Positions 50,902-60,012 are shown, counted from the stretch's first letter. The stretch: DNA of 64,000 bases from Acidobacteriota bacterium (GCA_963664705.1 OY761556.1:4288001-4352000); one strand, 5' to 3'. Program-made: numbers and translations. Notes: generated by a model from the sequence alone, not told the origin.

Positions 50902-51143
50902 TGCGCATCACGGTAAATATCTATGCGCACCTCAGGCACCACCTTCGACATGCGGAGGACTCCATCAGGCTGACGACATGGGAAGTGCCTGACGCCACCA
51001 CAACGGCCCAGGTATTGAAGAAGCTGAACCTGCCGAAGGAAGTCAACGTCACAGTATTGGTAAATAACAACAGCGTTCATCAGGAAGCTATTCTGAAAGA
51101 GGGCGATATCGTCCACATCCTCCCGCAGATGGGAGGCGGATAA
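50901..51143 (+). CDS. MoaD/ThiS family sulfur carrier
   Basis: Beta-grasp size, LVNN, LKEGD and C-terminal GGG. Confidence 0.88.
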   Translation: MRITVNIYAHLRHHLRHAEDSIRLTTWEVPDATTTAQVLKKLNLPKEVNVTVLVNNNSVHQEAILKEGDIVHILPQMGGG

Positions 51144-51145
51144 AA

Positions 51146-51227
51146 ACGAATTACGAGTTACGAATGACGAATGACGAATGCAAGGATCAGCCATACCATA
51201 ATTCGTAATTTGTTATTCGTAATTCGC
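51146..51227. repeat. Inverted pair of heptamer arrays (ACGAATK x5 / AATTCGT x4)
   Basis: ACGAATT ACGAGTT ACGAATG ACGAATG ACGAATG ... AATTCGT AATTTGT TATTCGT AATTCGC. Confidence 0.88.
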
Positions 51228-51246
51228 ATTATACCAAGGAGGGTTG

Positions 51247-52485
51247 ATGAGTCAGCAACGAGCATCTGCGCAGCAAAAAACACCGGCATATGCCTGGGTA
51301 GTACTATTTGCTCTTTATATGGCCACTCTGGCTTCACCTCTCAATTTATTCAAATTGCCGCCCGTGATGACCACCATCGTGGACGCATTTAAGTTATCGA
51401 GCGCTCAATCTGGCGATTTGATGTCCATTTTCTCGATTATGGGATTCGTCCTGGCAATCCCTGCAGGCTACATCCTGAAGAAATTCGGAATCAAACTCAC
51501 CGGACTCGTTTCGGTTGCTGCCGTTGCCATTGGATCAACCGTCGGCGCCGTTGCGCCCACTGCCCAAATGCTCTTCGTCGGCCGTTTTATCGAGGGGGTT
51601 GGCATGGGACTGATAATGGTTGCGGCGCCGTTTGCCATCAGCTTGTGGTTCCCGGCACATAATCGCGCCCTGCCTACCGGAATATGGGCCACCAGCGTAG
51701 GTATCGGGAACGTCGCCACACTTTTGCTCGCTCCGTCGATGGCCGCAAGTTATGGCTGGCAATCCGTATGGTGGGCAGGAGCTATCTTTTCGGCATTGGC
51801 ATTTGTGCTGTTTGCCCTGCTTTTCCGCTTGCCCCGCCCAGAAGAAATGTTTGACGCCCCGGCTCCAGCCAATGCTGTCGAAGAAGCGCCTCCGAGCCTG
51901 CTGAAGGGCATGGCCAACCGAGACTTCTGGATGATCAGTATTGCCTTTGGATGCTACAACCTGGTTGTCATGGCTATGTGTACTTTCCTGCCCACCTACC
52001 TGGAAGTCGAACAGCATTACTCGCGCGTGTTTGACAAGGGCATCATGCTGAACGCCTCGTTTATCACAGCCTTTGTCATGCTGGCCTCGATTTTTTCGGG
52101 ACCAGGCGGCGGCCGGATATCCGACCGGTTGGGAAAACGCAAGATGGTCGTTGCCATCCCCTACTTCCTGATGGCACTGACCTTCCTGGTTCCCTTTACG
52201 ATTACGGGCTGGATGATTCCGGCCTATATGATCGTATTCGGACTGGTCGGCGGACCGATTGCTCCCATTCTGCTTGCGTCCGTGCCGGAAGTATCCCCGA
52301 AACCTCAATTGATCGGCATCGGGATGGCCGTAGCAGCATTGGGGCAAAACATTGGAATGTACATCGGGCCAAGCCTCTTTATCCGGATTCAGGCGGCAAC
52401 GCACAGTTGGGCCGTGGCGGGTTATTGGATGATTCCGATTTGCTTGATTGGAATAATTGCCACCTGCATGACAAGGGTCCGCTAA
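51247..52485 (+). CDS. MFS transporter
   Basis: About 12 TM helices; GRFIEGVG, WFP and GRISDRLGKRK motif A; GGAGG RBS. Confidence 0.9.
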   Translation: MSQQRASAQQKTPAYAWVVLFALYMATLASPLNLFKLPPVMTTIVDAFKLSSAQSGDLMSIFSIMGFVLAIPAGYILKKFGIKLTGLVSVAAVAIGSTVGAVAPTAQMLFVGRFIEGVGMGLIMVAAPFAISLWFPAHNRALPTGIWATSVGIGNVATLLLAPSMAASYGWQSVWWAGAIFSALAFVLFALLFRLPRPEEMFDAPAPANAVEEAPPSLLKGMANRDFWMISIAFGCYNLVVMAMCTFLPTYLEVEQHYSRVFDKGIMLNASFITAFVMLASIFSGPGGGRISDRLGKRKMVVAIPYFLMALTFLVPFTITGWMIPAYMIVFGLVGGPIAPILLASVPEVSPKPQLIGIGMAVAALGQNIGMYIGPSLFIRIQAATHSWAVAGYWMIPICLIGIIATCMTRVR

Positions 52486-52499
52486 TCGCTTCATGACTG

Positions 52500-52551
52500 T
52501 CGTGAGATTCGTGGCAGGAAGGGGTTAGAAAAACTGCCACGAATTTCACGA
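52500..52551. terminator. Long hairpin between convergent genes
   Basis: TCGTGAGATTCGTGGCAG ... CTGCCACGAATTTCACGA (17/18 complementary). Confidence 0.65.
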
Positions 52552-52558
52552 ATTGAAA

Positions 52559-54868
52559 TTAGTTCCGCGAAAGTCTCGTAAGATCGAGTGCCACAAAATT
52601 TTTCGATTCCACACGAACCACCTCTTTGTTTTTTGAAAGTTCTTCAAACACACTTCGGATGGGAGTTCCCGGACCGCAGGGAGCATAGGAAAGAGCTTTC
52701 GGCATGATCAGGAGATCGGGATGAGCCCATTGCAGGTATCCCCGGAACGCTTCCTGCGATGCAAACAAACGCCAGAACGGAGGTGCTGTCTGTTCAAAAT
52801 CCTCATGAATGCAGGAGAGCGCATGTAGAGCGGTCTCTTCGCCACCCGCAAACCCCACGCAGAGCCCTTTGCCAGGATTGGCCTGAAGGTATTCCTCTAA
52901 CTCCCAAGCCCCCGCCCTTCGCAAACCGGACTCAATCTCAGCCTTCCTGTCGAACAGGGTCTTATTCAATACGAAGCGGAAGGGCTGGGTCCCCGGATGC
53001 CAGGACCAGTGGGATACAAACATGATCGGCAGTTGCAGCAGTAGGAAACAGATGCTGCCGGCCATCAGGATGGTTCTCGTTTTTGAGGAAGAGGATGCCA
53101 GGACTCCTGCGATGGAGAGGATTGCCAGGACAACCGGGATGGCATAGTAGTTTCCGTCCGTAAAACCCTGATCGGGTGTCCGCACCAGGCAGGCGGTGAT
53201 TATGCCGCCCACCATAACCGGCAGGCTGGCCAGCAGGAACCGGATCTGCCGATTGAAGCGAACAGCACGGAATGCAAGGAGGATCAGCAAGACACAAACA
53301 AAGAAAAAACCGGCATTGCCGGGCCAGGCCATGACATAATGCGAATAGGCCTTTGGATTGAAAAGCAGTCGTCCCCAATAAAGAAAAAACTCTTTATAGC
53401 TGTCTATTGGCGCTCCGGAAAAAATAAATCCGGATTCACTCCACGGATACTTCGGTGTCAGCCCAAGCAATTCCCACTTGTCGACGAATGCCGGCATGGT
53501 TGGAGTTCCGGTCAATAGCCAACTTCGCGACATCAAGCCGATACCGGAACAAAAGGCGATTCCGAGCGCCACAAGCGGCGAATATTTCCAGCCGCCCCCC
53601 GTTTTGCCGATGGTATCGGAAGTACTCCATATCCCGTTCCTTGCCGTGCAGCAATGCACCCAGACTCCGGTGGCCAGGAATCCAAGCATCAACATGGGCG
53701 CATAGGCATAGGCGCTAATCTTCGTTCCAGCCATTCCCAGGACCGCGGCCAAGCCATAGCAAAAATCGGGAGCGCTCCGATGCTTGCTCCAGTTCCATAA
53801 AAACAGTACTGCAATGAAGGCATACAGCGATTGAATCGTATCGGTCTTTGCCGTGGAAGCCATGTTGGAAAAAGCCGGAATACTGCCAACCAGAGCGGTG
53901 ACAAGGAATGCCAGCGTGCGCTCGATATCGAGGCTGCGGACAATCCCGTAAATCGCCAGCAGGCAGATCGCAAACAACACCACGTTAAAGGGGATGATGA
54001 AGGATCCATGGTTCAGCTGAGCCAACGGCAACGTCAGAATCTCAAACTGCTTGGGATAATAATAGACATGATGCATCAGTCTGAGATTGTCAAAGAGCGA
54101 GTGCGGACCTACCAAAACACGCTCCGGCCGCAGGCCGTACCACATCGAATCATAGTCGTTGCCGTAATTGGCCTTCCCGAATTGAGTCAGGATCAGAACT
54201 CCAACGATCAGCGCGGCAAACCTATCCCTCGAACCCAGACGCTCGAAACCGCGAGAAAGCATTACCGAAAGAGGGATCATGGGAGCATAAGCGATGGAAC
54301 AACCGGCGAGGATAATGGAATAGACGCGCAAAGATGCCGCAGTACCCAGCCCAAAGGCAGACAACAGAAGCGCGCCGAAAGTCCACGCTGCAATTCCAGT
54401 TATCATCCGAAGCAGATAATGCCGAATATCCTGGCTCCGGCCATCCTCTGCCCGGGCAAGCCGTTGCACGGCACTCCCTACCTGAATCAGGCATTCCAGC
54501 AGCACCCAGGCCACCGCAGCGGCTAAAAGAACCGAATGTATCTGAAGATACAACATGGAAAGGATGAGGACGACGGCAGTGGCGAACCAGGGGACGCGTT
54601 TTACCATCGCCACGAGAGCCAGAATCAGATAAATGACCAAAAGCTCGATTCCGCCCTGCACAGTTTCGGGTTGCTTCAGATGCCAGGCGTAGGTTTTCCA
54701 GAGGAAAAAGTAGGCCGGCAAGGCAATGCAGATAGCTGCCAGCAGCCCAATTATCGCTGACGGGATCGCCATGGTGCGTGAAGACGTTTCAATCGGATTG
54801 CTTATCTCTGAGGGATTTCTGTGGTTCAAGATTTTTTCCAATAGCGGTTGTGCCGATGGCCTATTCAT
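52559..54868 (-). CDS. Large polytopic membrane protein, possible GT-C-fold glycosyltransferase
   Basis: Many TM helices; YDSMWYGL, YYPKQFE, AKTD and TGTP pattern reminiscent of ArnT/PMT-like families. Confidence 0.55.
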   Translation of the reverse strand: MNRPSAQPLLEKILNHRNPSEISNPIETSSRTMAIPSAIIGLLAAICIALPAYFFLWKTYAWHLKQPETVQGGIELLVIYLILALVAMVKRVPWFATAVVLILSMLYLQIHSVLLAAAVAWVLLECLIQVGSAVQRLARAEDGRSQDIRHYLLRMITGIAAWTFGALLLSAFGLGTAASLRVYSIILAGCSIAYAPMIPLSVMLSRGFERLGSRDRFAALIVGVLILTQFGKANYGNDYDSMWYGLRPERVLVGPHSLFDNLRLMHHVYYYPKQFEILTLPLAQLNHGSFIIPFNVVLFAICLLAIYGIVRSLDIERTLAFLVTALVGSIPAFSNMASTAKTDTIQSLYAFIAVLFLWNWSKHRSAPDFCYGLAAVLGMAGTKISAYAYAPMLMLGFLATGVWVHCCTARNGIWSTSDTIGKTGGGWKYSPLVALGIAFCSGIGLMSRSWLLTGTPTMPAFVDKWELLGLTPKYPWSESGFIFSGAPIDSYKEFFLYWGRLLFNPKAYSHYVMAWPGNAGFFFVCVLLILLAFRAVRFNRQIRFLLASLPVMVGGIITACLVRTPDQGFTDGNYYAIPVVLAILSIAGVLASSSSKTRTILMAGSICFLLLQLPIMFVSHWSWHPGTQPFRFVLNKTLFDRKAEIESGLRRAGAWELEEYLQANPGKGLCVGFAGGEETALHALSCIHEDFEQTAPPFWRLFASQEAFRGYLQWAHPDLLIMPKALSYAPCGPGTPIRSVFEELSKNKEVVRVESKNFVALDLTRLSRN

Positions 54869-54899
54869 CAGGAATCGATGCCTTAGTGGAATTCAGGTA

Positions 54900-55976
54900 T
54901 CATTCAGGCTTCCCCTGGAATCCCAGGTCCTCGATTTTTGAAGAAGTGAAGACGCCGCGCTTGATCAGTTTCTCGACCATGGTGCTGCAATAGTCACACT
55001 CACTACACTCCTTATCACAGGCAGTGACTTTGTCGAAAAACCCGATTTCATCAAGACTTTTGTTATCCAGGTGCATCAGGTGCGACATGGCAACAGAATA
55101 GAGATTGCCCGCCATAAGCTCCAGCAGATCACCATTCCAGCTTTCATTCATGTACGCATTCAGAGCTCTGAGCAGCATGCTCCTGGAACTGGTTCTGCCC
55201 ACGATTTTGAAGTATCCCGTTATGTCAGCATACCGCACGGCATCTTCCGGCCTGATCCAGCCTGCTTTCAGGATCTGGGAAGGGTCTGTTTTTGACAGCT
55301 GGATGCAATTGAGGCTGAAAACATTATCCTCAGACTTGACATTTTTGCCGGCTCCCGGCTTTCTTGATTTGTGCGAGATATAATTGAAGTGGAATTTGCG
55401 GAATGCGCACTGGAACAGACATCCTTCATTGACCATCAGCTTGATCTCCAGCCCGGTCTTCTCTTTGATACGCTTCAGCAGCGCAGGATTCCGATTGATA
55501 TCCACGTCCGGTGTAATTGCATCCGCGCCGGCTTTCCTGAAAATCACTGCTTTCTGAACACAATCGATGTCGCTGAGAACGGATGCGCAGATTTCAATGT
55601 TGGGGAATCGTCTCCGCACCTCCCTGATATAAAGAGGATTTGAGATCGTGACCGCTTCCACTCCCAGCTCCACATGAGCGCGCGCCAGGTAATTCATGGT
55701 GGAATTCAGTATGTCGGACGAATACCAGTCACTCCCTTCACAAATCGAATTGAGAAGCAGATTGACCCGAATCCCTTCGTTGTGAATGGATCCAACCACA
55801 TTGGCGAATTCTCCAAAATCCATTTCGGGAGCAATTCGGCCGGACCCGGAAAACTCCTGCGGGCCGGAAAGATATATTTCGCGGATTCGATTCCCATTGA
55901 GCGTTTTCAGCCGGAATATATCCGGCAGAGTCGCGGGATCGTTATTGTAGGGAACAGAGAATTCAAGATGGGGCAT
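54900..55976 (-). CDS. Peptidase U32 family Fe-S protein
   Basis: GSGR, NLLLNSIC, AVTISNP, NEGCLFQCAFR, WIRPED, FKIVGR and C-terminal CDKECSECDYC. Confidence 0.88.
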   Translation of the reverse strand: MPHLEFSVPYNNDPATLPDIFRLKTLNGNRIREIYLSGPQEFSGSGRIAPEMDFGEFANVVGSIHNEGIRVNLLLNSICEGSDWYSSDILNSTMNYLARAHVELGVEAVTISNPLYIREVRRRFPNIEICASVLSDIDCVQKAVIFRKAGADAITPDVDINRNPALLKRIKEKTGLEIKLMVNEGCLFQCAFRKFHFNYISHKSRKPGAGKNVKSEDNVFSLNCIQLSKTDPSQILKAGWIRPEDAVRYADITGYFKIVGRTSSRSMLLRALNAYMNESWNGDLLELMAGNLYSVAMSHLMHLDNKSLDEIGFFDKVTACDKECSECDYCSTMVEKLIKRGVFTSSKIEDLGFQGKPE

Positions 55977-55999
55977 GATGCCTCACTTCGATTGACATT

Positions 56000-57091
56000 T
56001 TACGATTGCTCATTGACGATTGGCGATTCGGCGGCCAGAAGCACGCGGACAATTTCCTGTAACTGCGTGGCGTCAAAGCCCACCTCCAGGAAACGGATAC
56101 GCGAATCCGGCATAAGCCCCGCCCAGGGTTCTGTCAGAATACCCATGCTTCCGATGCGCGGGGCAATGCGATCGTCTGCCCTAACCAGCAATTCCAGAGT
56201 CCTGGTCTTCTCCATTTCCCGGGTGTTGATGCACCATAGAATAAGGTCAGGCCGGCAAAATCGCGTCACATCCGCAATCATCGCAATTTGCTGAGGATCA
56301 TCCGCCAGATAAACCAATGTCGGACCGTTTCCGAGCAACGATAGAATTTCGGAATCGAGCGGAAGCCACTCTCTCGCCTGGCTGGGATTCAAGCCTTTAT
56401 ACAACCCATCGGCAAATTCAGACCGAATGCCGACAAAGCGGTTGATCTTTGCCGATTGGATAATGAAATCGGGAGCGGCCAGAATGGTGTTGCGCGGCTG
56501 GGTGAAATAAAAAGCGGCAGATTCCTGAGGGATGGGGACGTCATCCCACGGAGCATAGGCTGCGGACTTGGCCCGCTCTCCCTGCTTCAACGTCCTTGCA
56601 TCCACTCGCAGAATCCGGTCCGGACTCAACAGCTTTACGAGGGATAGGACTACCCATTTTTCATACCCGCCTTGAAACAAGTTGGGCCAGACCGATGCAA
56701 TCTTCGCGGCACCGGCCTGCTCAAATCCGTCGATTGTTTCTTTTCCCTTCAGCAGGTCGAACAGCGGGTCATACAACTCTCGGATCATGCTATCCGAAAC
56801 ATTCCGCAGGAATCTCTGGATACGGCTGGCTTCCGGAGACTCTTCCCAAGATATGCAGCCGAACAGACTCTGCTCTGCCTCGGCATAATGCTGTCGCAGC
56901 TCGTTCGCCCGGTTGAGCAAATCCGGGAACTTGTGCTCTATGAAAGTGGCTCTTGCCGCATTAAACCGAAGATAAAACTCCGTGCGCACATCCTCAGGGA
57001 TGCTTGTTACCGATTCCTGAATTTCAATCTCGGAATTGTCCCGAATGAAACTCAACAGATTTTCATATGCCTGACCAAAATTGTCCGACAT
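56000..57091 (-). CDS. Hypothetical protein (weak PD-(D/E)xK-like motifs)
   Basis: 363 aa ORF in tandem with the U32 gene; YEKWVVLSL, PDFII and RPDLIL. Confidence 0.7.
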   Translation of the reverse strand: MSDNFGQAYENLLSFIRDNSEIEIQESVTSIPEDVRTEFYLRFNAARATFIEHKFPDLLNRANELRQHYAEAEQSLFGCISWEESPEASRIQRFLRNVSDSMIRELYDPLFDLLKGKETIDGFEQAGAAKIASVWPNLFQGGYEKWVVLSLVKLLSPDRILRVDARTLKQGERAKSAAYAPWDDVPIPQESAAFYFTQPRNTILAAPDFIIQSAKINRFVGIRSEFADGLYKGLNPSQAREWLPLDSEILSLLGNGPTLVYLADDPQQIAMIADVTRFCRPDLILWCINTREMEKTRTLELLVRADDRIAPRIGSMGILTEPWAGLMPDSRIRFLEVGFDATQLQEIVRVLLAAESPIVNEQS

Positions 57092-57217
57092 GGCACCACG
57101 TCCACCTGTGTAGATGTATTGAGTCTGGAATCCTGGGAAATACGAAGCGGGAACACAGTACGACCCTACCGGTCATATCCGCATTCAGGGAGCTCATTCG
57201 AAAATACAAGAACGTGA

Positions 57218-58180
57218 TCAGGCGCAGCCGAGTATTGCCCTCTTCACCATTGTTTTGGCGATAGGAATCTTCCACTTGTTTCTTTCGCCGGGGAGCGTCT
57301 TGGCCGTTGCCACGGCAGCGGCCCCAGCCGCATCCGCATTGGCTTCATTGATAGCCTTCCCCTTTATGGCTTCTTCTGCCGGCAGAGACCTATAGGGCGT
57401 ATTGTATACGGCATTCAGGCACACCCGGGCGTTTCCGCCCCCCACCATCGCCGCACAATTGACGATCGGGAAATCGATGGATTTCCGGATTGCGAACTTG
57501 ATGAAGGCACTCTTCACGCCTGCGCCAGGAGCAGGGATTTGAACTTCGGTCACAATCTCATCAGCGGCCAGCACAGTCGAACTCGGCACTTTCATATCCC
57601 AGAATTGCTCGGCTTCGATCAGGCGCTTATTGGTCTTGATCTTTGCATTCAAAGCCACGAGGGCAGGAGCCGTATCGCTCGGATTCACCGCAAGACACAT
57701 GCTTTTGGCACCGAATATGGAGTGGTACCGGTTGTCTCCGGCCATGGCGAAGCATTGCTTGCCACCCTTTCGGATGCAGAAAAATCGGTTATCCGGGTTC
57801 CGGAAATACCAACACCGATTGAACTGGCATATGTTGCCCGCAATGGTTCCCATTTCGCGGATATGTGGAGTCGCGGTTCTGTGCGCCCCCTGCGCCAATG
57901 CCGTGTATTTGGTCCGAATCAGATCATTTTGGGCAATGTCTTCCAATCGAACCAGTGCGCCGATTCGGAGCATGCCGCCCTCTTCCTTGATGGAATCCAT
58001 ACCTGGAATGGTCTTGATGTTTACCAGAACCTCAGGATAGTCCGGAAGAATCTCAAATCTCATGGTGCCGAGAATATCCGTTCCCCCTGATATGATCGCA
58101 GCCTTGCCGGCCCGGAGTATCGACGAGGCTTCATCGACTGTCTTTGCATTCACATGAGCAAATTTCTTCCAAGTTTTCAT
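57218..58180 (-). CDS. Xanthine dehydrogenase family FAD-binding subunit, copy 3
   Basis: SGGTDI, TIAGNICQ, RCWYFR insert, NPSD and AIRKSIDFPIVNCA. Confidence 0.92.
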   Translation of the reverse strand: MKTWKKFAHVNAKTVDEASSILRAGKAAIISGGTDILGTMRFEILPDYPEVLVNIKTIPGMDSIKEEGGMLRIGALVRLEDIAQNDLIRTKYTALAQGAHRTATPHIREMGTIAGNICQFNRCWYFRNPDNRFFCIRKGGKQCFAMAGDNRYHSIFGAKSMCLAVNPSDTAPALVALNAKIKTNKRLIEAEQFWDMKVPSSTVLAADEIVTEVQIPAPGAGVKSAFIKFAIRKSIDFPIVNCAAMVGGGNARVCLNAVYNTPYRSLPAEEAIKGKAINEANADAAGAAAVATAKTLPGERNKWKIPIAKTMVKRAILGCA

Positions 58181-58254
58181 TTCAGCTCCTAACCCAGAAA
58201 GGGTTTTAGGGACTCCGTCATAGAAGCGTTTTCCTTACCGAATGACTCCGGAAA

Positions 58255-58934
58255 TCAGGCGCGCGGCTTCAGATTTTTAGCAGCTTCCATCACGGCCAGC
58301 GGATGTCGCTGATAGGTGCCACACCGGCAGAGATTTCCGCCAAGAGCATCTCGAACGTCCGCTTCCGTCGGGTGACTGTTTTTATCCAGAAGCGCTTTGG
58401 CCGTACAGACAAAACCGGGAGTGCAGTACCCGCACTGAAATGCGTTATTGTCTATATACGCCTGAATGATCGGGTGCTTTGCTTTGGCAATTCCTTCGGC
58501 GGTCTCGATAACGGCACCATTACACTCGCAGGCCAACGTCATGCAGGACAGAATCGGTCTTCCATTCATAATCACCGTACAGGAACCGCAGGCTCCCTGC
58601 CCACCACACCAGTCTTTGGGGGAGGTATAGCCAATCTGGTCACGAATCACCTGGCGCAGACTCCAATGCGGTTCTACCGCATACCGGTATTTCCACCATT
58701 TACCGTCAGTTCGATGGTGGTCATGTCTGCAGTGATCTTGACTGGAGCGGCACCTGCCGGTTTTTCAGCGGGAACACTCTTCTTAGTCTGGGCAGTTGCA
58801 AGCTCGGTCACCGCAATGGAACCCAGGGTGGGAGCACCGACCACCAGTCCGGCATCCTTCAGGAAATCGCGGCGGGATATGTGCAATCCTTCCTTGCTTT
58901 CCTGTTCTGCATTCTTGTCTTTTTGGTCTGGCAT
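58255..58934 (-). pseudogene. Tat-signal [2Fe-2S] subunit, copy 3, split by a single-base frameshift near 58690
   Basis: N-part has SRRDFLK...ELTVNGG; the shifted frame continues KYRYAVEPHWSLRQVIRD...CGQGACGSC-like motif, QCGYCTPG and GNLCRCG. Confidence 0.8.
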
Positions 58935-59066
58935 TTTCCCTCTTATTCTTCAGTCCTGGAATCGGGATACAGGACGCATGGAGAACTGCGCGATTGTGCT
59001 GCTATCCTAAAGATGCAATGCTGCCACATCCCCCCATATCCACTCTGGGGGGACGTCGGGCAGCAG

Positions 59067-59576
59067 CTAAATGAACATCTCATCATCCAAAGCAGAACCG
59101 GGGGTTCTCCGGCGCCTTAAAAGGACATCCACGGCAACTCGAAAGGCTCGACTAATCGCACTGAATTCATTAAAGGGGGCAAGTAGATTTCTGCGCAGGA
59201 ACTCAATTGTCTCTTCCGCCTTCTCTGAGGCTGATTGAATCGTGTCCTGAATTTTCAGGATTTCCAGACGAGCGGTGCTGGTGGTTTCGGCGAGGAATGC
59301 ATCCAACTCGGTTACCCGGTCGTGTATGATCTCTGTGGTGACGGCAAGCCTTTCTCTTATCGGCTTTAGCCCTTCCACAAAGTCTCTGACAGTCGATAAA
59401 CTCTCATCCACTTTGGCGGAAACTGCCGCAAAGTTTTTGAGCAGGTCCTTCCCCATCGAGTCAAGCAGCGTACTCATCTGGCGGATGGCCTTATACATTC
59501 CAAAGAAGAGAATGGTCTGGATGACAACCGCAAGGGCCACAACTCCGGTAAATACCGTTAGGAGGGTGTCGTGCAT
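59067..59576 (-). CDS. Membrane-anchored coiled-coil protein (DUF948-like)
   Basis: N-terminal TM helix plus helical repeats; next to the YtxH gene. Confidence 0.65.
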   Translation of the reverse strand: MHDTLLTVFTGVVALAVVIQTILFFGMYKAIRQMSTLLDSMGKDLLKNFAAVSAKVDESLSTVRDFVEGLKPIRERLAVTTEIIHDRVTELDAFLAETTSTARLEILKIQDTIQSASEKAEETIEFLRRNLLAPFNEFSAISRAFRVAVDVLLRRRRTPGSALDDEMFI

Positions 59577-59582
59577 CTTGAC

Positions 59583-59879
59583 CTATGCTTTCTCTTTTTC
59601 TTCCCGGTATGCCTGTTTGCCTGCCTCGATCGCGGCGGCCAGTGAATCACGCTGCTGCTGCAGAAGCTCTTTACCTCTTTCCACATACTCAGTGGTCTTC
59701 CCTGCAACAGCCTTTGTCCGGTTTGTAACGATGTCGGCGCCCTCGCGGGCCTTGGTCATAATCAGCTTCCGGGTTTCCACTCCGCTGCGTGGGGCAAGAA
59801 GGAGTGCTGTGGCCGCTCCGATGGCCGCACCCAGCATTAAATATAGGGCCTTTTCGCCCACGCTGGTTTCGTCGCTCAT
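59583..59879 (-). CDS. YtxH domain protein
   Basis: LGAAIGAATALLLAPRSGVETR; GAGGAG RBS. Confidence 0.9.
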   Translation of the reverse strand: MSDETSVGEKALYLMLGAAIGAATALLLAPRSGVETRKLIMTKAREGADIVTNRTKAVAGKTTEYVERGKELLQQQRDSLAAAIEAGKQAYREEKEKA

Positions 59880-60012
59880 GCTAATTCTCCTCGTAGTTAG
59901 TAGGCATTTTGATAACACGCGCTCGCACCAAAAGTCAAATTCCAAATCCCACCCCAGTACAGCCCATTTGAGCTCAAGACTTGGATCGAGCGGATGCGAT
60001 ATAATGCCTGCC

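Noticed and set aside
51146-51227. Repeat arrays as a possible CRISPR
   Set aside because: Units are 7 bp and contiguous with no spacers; no cas genes.
51535-52494. 319 aa minus-strand ORF
   Set aside because: Antisense to the MFS transporter.
58674-58676. TAG stop as possible pyrrolysine readthrough near methyltransferase genes
   Set aside because: The downstream domain is in a different frame, so a frameshift rather than readthrough is needed; no pyl genes are seen.
59275-60012. Apparent 245 aa N-terminal extension of endonuclease III
   Set aside because: Overlaps two real minus-strand genes; nth starts at about 60004-60013.
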